Shown one piece after another: positions 57,606-63,952 of a DNA stretch of 63,952 nt; position 1 is the first letter of the stretch; each line of letters opens with the position of its first letter. The notes below the pieces were generated by a model. That model did no database searches and was not told the DNA's origin. It saw only the letters and a list, made by a program, of their open reading frames with translations. Made by a program: the position numbers and the translations under genes. Source of the DNA: Amphiscolops sp. MND2022 (Eukaryota); assembly GCA_964187785.1 (NCBI GenBank), contig OZ076409.1, positions 40,054,001 through 40,117,952 of the forward strand. The letters run 5' to 3'.

Positions 57606-60179
57606 ATAGAATACTACTGTTTCTTGTAGAATTTTTTATCGAAAAAAAATATGAAAAGCGTCATTCTGCTGTCTACTAAGACGAGTACTTCTTTTAGTTT
57701 CACATTGAATCTGGTGGCTAATTGTTCCTGACAATTTCAAGAGAGGTTAAAGTGTTTGCTGTCACATACACTAAGATGCTCTTCAAGCACCCATTTAGCG
57801 CTAAAGTACCTGCCTCGATTTGATGCAATCTCTGCTGTAATTGTTTTATCAGAGCTAACATGTACGTATAGCTAGACCGTAAATTTAAACACTCGGTGTA
57901 CGTCTTTACACGACTTTTGGGCCAGTAAAGCGTGAATAGACACTCAATGACACATCCGAAGGGCTTGAGACTAGGGAATTTGAAGTGAAAAGATCTAAAA
58001 TATCCAAAAATTCCTTCAATTTAAGGAATTCCTTCCTTTCCGAGAAGGAAGAGTTGTTCCTCTAGAATAGCTTAGCTTTACAATGGGCGTTTGTAACATT
58101 TTTCGATCGTTTTTTTTCTGCAGCAGTTCAAAATTTTTTGAGGCACGAAATGCAATTTTTGTAAGACGTTTGTCTAATTTATGGATTTTTTGTAACATTC
58201 TGAGCAGAAAAATGCAATTCTTGCAAGATTTTTGCAAAAGTTAGATTCTATAAATGCATTTTCTTACGATATCTTACAAGAATTCTTGTGAGAATTTTGC
58301 AAGAGTTGTGATTTTTGTAACCTGAGAGTTGAGGGCGACGACACTCGACAGATCAATAAACGTACGATCAGGTCGGTGGAACGGACTTGTTCACGAAAAC
58401 TGTCTACTCCGATCTTGAAAAAACACGGCAACAGAACGTTGAAACTGGCGTGAAACAATTTTCCTATAAGAAATGATTACCTTGACGGGAAATTAGCCAG
58501 AGTTTAGAGAAAAGCTCGTACTAGAGATAGAAGACATCTTTATTCAGGCAAAAAAAGATGTAATGGAAATAACAAAACCCGTTAGTGAATGATTCCTTCT
58601 TGGTACATCCAAAAGTAACAAAAGTAAGAAAATTATCATAACTTCAAAAACCTATACATTACTGAAAACAACTTCGTTAACACACTTGGGCACCAAAAAG
58701 CTAGAGACGCTTGTTTTGGCTCACGGCAATTTTCAAAGCGCCCACTCTTTTAATATATGCTGTTGGCGCCAGTCAATTGCAAGACAGAAAAATCAGTTTT
58801 AAGCATTACGGATTGAAAAGAAAACTGAAAAGTTATACAAACTCTTACAAGAATTCCGGTGAAAATTGAGCCGCAAGTGTTCTAAAACAAAAAATTCTTG
58901 GCAGAACAGGATAAAACTTGGCACACCTATGCAAGCACCGTTCGATACCACCTCGGCCAAGTTTCAATGCCATCCTTCCATTTTTATCCCTCTTACCCTT
59001 CATGTGTTTTCCGAGGTCAATAAACCGAAATGTAATAATGGTGATCTACCTAAATGATCCTAATGGAAACTTTGTAATATTGGATTTGGTGATATTTACC
59101 TTGTGTATACACCCCTGGTGAGTCCATCTGACGAGCACTCTCCAGGTTTAAACCCTTGATTTATTGACATCAGCAATTACTTTCACATTACACGTGAATG
59201 TCAAATTGCCCATGTCATTTTTGTGAGTTATTGCTAACTATGCTTCAAGAGTGTTATATTACGATTTGTTAAAGAGGTTATTTACGATTACTATTTAGGC
59301 TCAAGAAGATTCAAGATCTGTAGTCAAGTCAGGCATTAGGCATCAATTCGCCATCATTAGATCCCAGTAAATCGACATACAATCTATTTCTACAAAGAAA
59401 CAAGATGTGTTCAGAAACGGTCTGTGGTCTAAAGCACCGGATTCAGAGCAACGTGATGTTTGGTTCAGCAAAAGAATCAGGCAGGCATAACCGATTCGTT
59501 TGAAAAAGTCTCTACTCCTGAAAGAGGACGTTTTCAGGAAGATTGTATGTCAAAATTGAGATCATCGATACAAAAAGTACAAACCTTGTTTCAGGATTTT
59601 TCCTCGAAAACAGCTGTTTTTGGGGTTGGTAACGCAAGAAATCATAATGATAGCGTAATATCAATAATGCACGTAGCATAAGTGGGTCAGTCGTTGCTTT
59701 TGAACCGGTCTGCGCGAGTTCAAATCTGTGGAGCCGCTTTTTTTGTTAATCTTTGTTCGCTCAAATCTCGGTCGACCTGTAACATCGCAAGTCAAATTTT
59801 GTGACCTTATTGCTGCTCGTTTTCCGTTCATACACTCAATCGATCATTGCTCCTTCAAGCAAACTTTATGTTTGACCATATGTGAACAACCTGTTCAGAT
59901 CTTTTCATTGTTCCTTTGACTGTGAAAGTTGCCGTTGCTAGCTAGCAACCAAGTAACAACCAATATCTTCCCTTCTAATTTCTTTTACATTTCTTTCATA
60001 ATGCCAATAAACGTTATCAAATACAGCCCTGTTGCATTCAGACAAGACTCAAATCTTCAATATCTTGAATTCGATGCTTGCGTTATTTCATCCCTTCAAT
60101 CCCTTTAGTCCAAGTCGTTCTTCAGTTACCTTCTTGTAGTTCCCTTGACAGATACCTCGAAACATTGATGACCACGATG

Positions 60180-61030
60180 TGATGGCAGAAAGTTCAGGTG
60201 GCTCATTGCGGTGCTCTCATTAGACAAGGCAAGCCGCTTTGGAGTTTTCATTACCGTAGCAGGATCCTGTCTGAGTTGGATGCACAGTTGCAACGACTCA
60301 TTGAAGAAGACGACGACCTAGTCGATGTGGAGGATGCTGTTGATGTGTTAAGGGCAACAGAAAAAGCAGTGAAGTGGTGCCAGGGCGAGATCGAAGAGTT
60401 GCAGCCTCCACGCACTAGCGGCGGCCTCATTGAGTGGTAGTCTAACTACGAAGCTTCCCAAGGGGAGAGGAGCGATACAACAACAACCGTTCAATTGTGA
60501 AGGTTTACTTAGCTGCAGTTCATGCGCCACCAGCCGTAAAGAAGGAGTCTTATGTCGAGCTGCTAAAGTTGTTGGGTTCGACGAATGGTTTATTGGTGTA
60601 TTGGCTGCTGGAGAAACTAGATGTTGAAGCGAGAAGGCAATTTGAATAGGCACGTCCCTGCACAGATTTGATAACTTTCAAAGTTTACTACATTCATGGA
60701 TAGAAAAAGCTGCGCATTGGAACCCAGTGGTAACCAGTGTGAAGCTTACACTCCCAAGACGACTCCTAAGAAGGTGCATCAAGAAGCTCCCTCCATAACT
60801 GTTGAGCACTCCGCAAGTTGTCACATGAATGAATGCAATGGGTCCCTTTCAATCTCCCAGAATATTTTTGGCTACAAGCAGATGGGCACGAGTGAGAGAA
60901 AGACAGTGGCGAGGAAGCTGGAACTGTGCATAAACTGTCTGGGGGTTTTTTTGTGGCTGACAGTCTATCGAAGTTCAGCTGCCGAAGTGCAACGGAAGGC
61001 ATCATGCATCACTGCACATTGATCGTCCAG
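60180..61030 (+). pseudogene. Degenerate BEL/Pao-type gag relic
   Basis: KLPK motif; ERKTVARKLELCINCLG, then (frameshifted) SKFSC..CNGRHHASLH, resembling the BEL/Pao Cys/His array; several frameshifts and stops. Confidence 0.65.
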
Positions 61031-61476
61031 TCGAACCGCAAAAACGAGTTTGTTAATGAAAACGAAAACTAAAATGTAAAAACCTTATACGTTTTTGAAC
61101 AAAAAGGAAAACATGAAATCTTTTAAATGTAACATACGCGGCTACTCGAATCGGTACTTTAGTACATGACTGCTCAACGAAGAGGAAAATCCGCAAACGG
61201 CAATGTAAAAGACACACGCTAAACAGCGCTTAAGACGTTTCTTGTACTGAAAACAAAGTGTTTCGTTAATTTGGAAAACGGACGCAATAAACCGAACATT
61301 CCTTGTACTACCTATGCCTAGAACCTAGAACGTACTTAACATTCTGGAACATCTTTTGTTAATTCATTCAAGGGAACCTAAAAATTCAATTGGTTTTGGT
61401 GAACAGCCAGTTTTTGTGGGTTTGTTGACGGGAAGATAGCGGTAAACGTTTCTTTTCGGAACAAATTGAAAGTGTA

Positions 61477-61950
61477 CTTAACCCCGATTGAAGGAAGAAT
61501 TTTCGTGATCCACCCAAAAATCTTGTACCTAATTTTCCAAAACTATTCAAGTCAGACAAACAATTTATACAGCGTTCGAAAGAAGCTTGGATTTATGCAG
61601 CATCAGGGCTTTCAAATCAATTTTTAATTCGAAGAGCTGGGGGCCCGCTAGCGCGGGCTCCTCTCGGGCAAAGTTTTTTGCGGGTAGTCCTCCGCTGGCG
61701 TGCGGCTTCGCTGCACTGACTTAGGACTTTGCGCCAAAACTTTGCACGCGTTGTGTCTCTGACTGGATTTCAGCATGTTTCAAAACATGCTATGGCCACT
61801 ATGGCCACAGAAGGAAACAGGAAAACGACGTTTTTGCGAACAGTTTTTTTGGTTTTTTGGTCCCGTTTTTTTGATGTTGGAGACATCAAGTCAACAATCC
61901 GTGAAAATGCGTGCAATGCTGTGTAATCACGTCTAAAAATCTTGTTCAAG
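61477..61950 (-). repeat. Dispersed repeat, inverted homolog of about 12320-12706; end resembles TTAA-CCC (piggyBac-like)
   Basis: Shared translated text MRQNFARVVSL..DIKSTIRE on opposite strands; shared tatacagcgttcgaaag/catcagggctttca; ends TTAACCC / GGGTTAA. Confidence 0.55.
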
Positions 61951-63952
61951 AGTTTCATTACGACGCCAAACAGGGAAGTTTTGACTGCAACAGATCTGTT
62001 GCAGTGTGGTGTGGATTCTTCACTTCGATTACAATACATGGGTTTTCAAGAAATGAGGAAAGTGGAGTGGAACACTTTCCTGGATTCTTGCACTAATACC
62101 GTGTGTAACCTGCGAAGAATCGCCGAAACAAAATTTTCACTGTTTTCCTGAATTCTTGAAGTTTTGTGGATTCTTCCTTTTAGCAATTATTAGCAATCAT
62201 TAGTTTGCGGTGATTCTTCACTAATTAGGTCCACTTAAACGTTTGTGGATTCTTAAAAAGTTGTGGATTCTTCAGTTTGGCAATTATTGCAATTATTATT
62301 TCGCGAGGATTCTTCACTAAATAGGTACTAAAATTTTGTGGATTCTTCGCTTCGTGTGAATTTGCACTTCTAAATTTTGTGGAATCTTCGTTTCTTATAA
62401 ATTCATCATTATATCAATACAAGAGTTTGAGCCCCAACTTCAGTTCTGGAAAAAATATTTTTCGGCGGAAAGAAAGTTCAAAATCTCTCCAGTTTAAATA
62501 TAAATTTCTCAGATGACAAGAAGTTAAATTTGTTGGGGGGATGTTTTTCAAATTAGATTTTAATTCTTAAATTACTTTCCGGGATGAACCGGGGAAAGTT
62601 CTGAACATTTTTGATTTCTTAAAAATACATTGGACCATGTGATCTATTTCCTCCCAGGTACACCTTGTTAGGAATTTTCCCCCAAAACGAAAACGGCTTT
62701 TTCACAAGTATATTAATTATTGAATGAATAAAACAAATTGATATGCTTACAAATATTAACAAACGCGTGAATTTAAACTTCGTGGCAAAAGACCCAAATT
62801 TTTTAAATGCTGAATGCAAATTTCGTAGTTTTGTAAATATGGAAGTATGTCCGTTTGGAAGCACATTTCAAAGAATAATGATTTATTTTAACTGTCAATC
62901 AATGTAAGAGATATGATTATGTCGACATCAATTATTTTGTTAGACTAAAATTTCAACGCAACGATGTCGACATAATGGTATTTGACTATTTAAGATGTTA
63001 TGTCGACATAATTAATTCGTTTAAAACTACTATTTGAACCTACTGGATTATTTTCCCCCCATCGCAGTTTGGGGGGGAAATAGATCACATGGTCCAATAC
63101 ATTTCTCATATGAAGTGTAATGAAACAGTTTATTTTGGAACGACTCCAGGAGCGCTCAAATAAAATGTATCCCCTCAAACACTTCTTATCACGTGTAAGG
63201 AGAAGTTAATTTTAGAACGACTCCAGGAGCATTCAAATAGAATGCCTCACGCATCGTCCTTTTAGCCAGAAAGTCATTTCAACTTCAAAGAAACTGGTAA
63301 TTTTGAAACGACTCCGGGAGCGTTCAAATGAAATGTATCAAGCACGTCGCCCTGTTTCAAATTGGAAAAATTTTATATCAATTGAAATTAAAAAAAAATT
63401 TTAGAAAAAGCTGTTTTCTAAAACTTTCTGATTTCTAGTTTTAACTTAATATCAAGCGTTCAAATGATACCAAATTATATCACCCTGTTTGACAAATTCA
63501 AAAAAAAATTGTCATAACTATTTTAATGAAACATTTGAACATTATTGAAAGATATACATTCGTTCCTCAAAATTCTTTTACCTTACTTACATGTAATGCT
63601 TGTTCAGTTACGACGAGGAAGTACATGTATTTAGCATGACACGCAAGTTTTTGTTTGTCATTGTGAATCATCTAGCGACCTCGGCAATCGAGTTACATGT
63701 ATTGAAGTTGTTAATCAACCAGTGTAGCTACAAAACAGTTGCTTTACTTCGAACTCTCGAATCCTCTTAATTGACTCCAGTTGAAAACTCCACTTCCAAA
63801 GCCTGATCAAATTCACCCAATAAAGAAGTAAGTTTTTCTTTGAAGTATTGTTATTGGAAATATTTTCAATCAATAAAAACAAGAACTGTTACGAATTTTT
63901 CATTAAATTTAGTACAAATAATGAAAATATAGAGTAATGTTTTTATAATGAA

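Noticed and set aside
59670..59740. tRNA gene
   Set aside because: A-box- and B-box-like motifs only, with no convincing cloverleaf; at most a SINE-like relic.

Overview
AT-rich, repeat-dense eukaryotic DNA (probably an invertebrate animal; the taxon cannot be fixed from sequence alone). The main object is a very young, apparently intact 15.6-kb Ty3/Gypsy-type LTR retrotransposon (33110-48712; 1560-bp TG..CA LTRs; perfect GTCTC target-site duplication) with an unusual layout. gag starts 550 nt inside the 5' LTR and reads through the PBS, and pol is reachable by a -1 frameshift at A_AAA_AAC. The 6-kb region after pol carries a four-exon antisense gene whose three GT-AG introns splice exactly in frame to give about 1210-1227 aa, with a BED-like zinc finger and what looks like a catalytically dead hAT-transposase fold. 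That region also has a divergent sense ORF with a SIM-like motif that runs through the PPT into the 3' LTR. A second young LTR element (17683-25235, minus strand, ACAAG TSD, tRNA-Asn PBS) has a gag-like ORF and a 626-aa ORF but no RT/RNase H/IN. The rest of the window holds degenerate relatives and a solo LTR, a Helentron/DINE-1-like non-autonomous family, a 2x2.3-kb and a 3x2.75-kb tandem amplification, a hAT-like non-autonomous element, a BEL/Pao gag relic, and a few probable exons of a plus-strand host gene.
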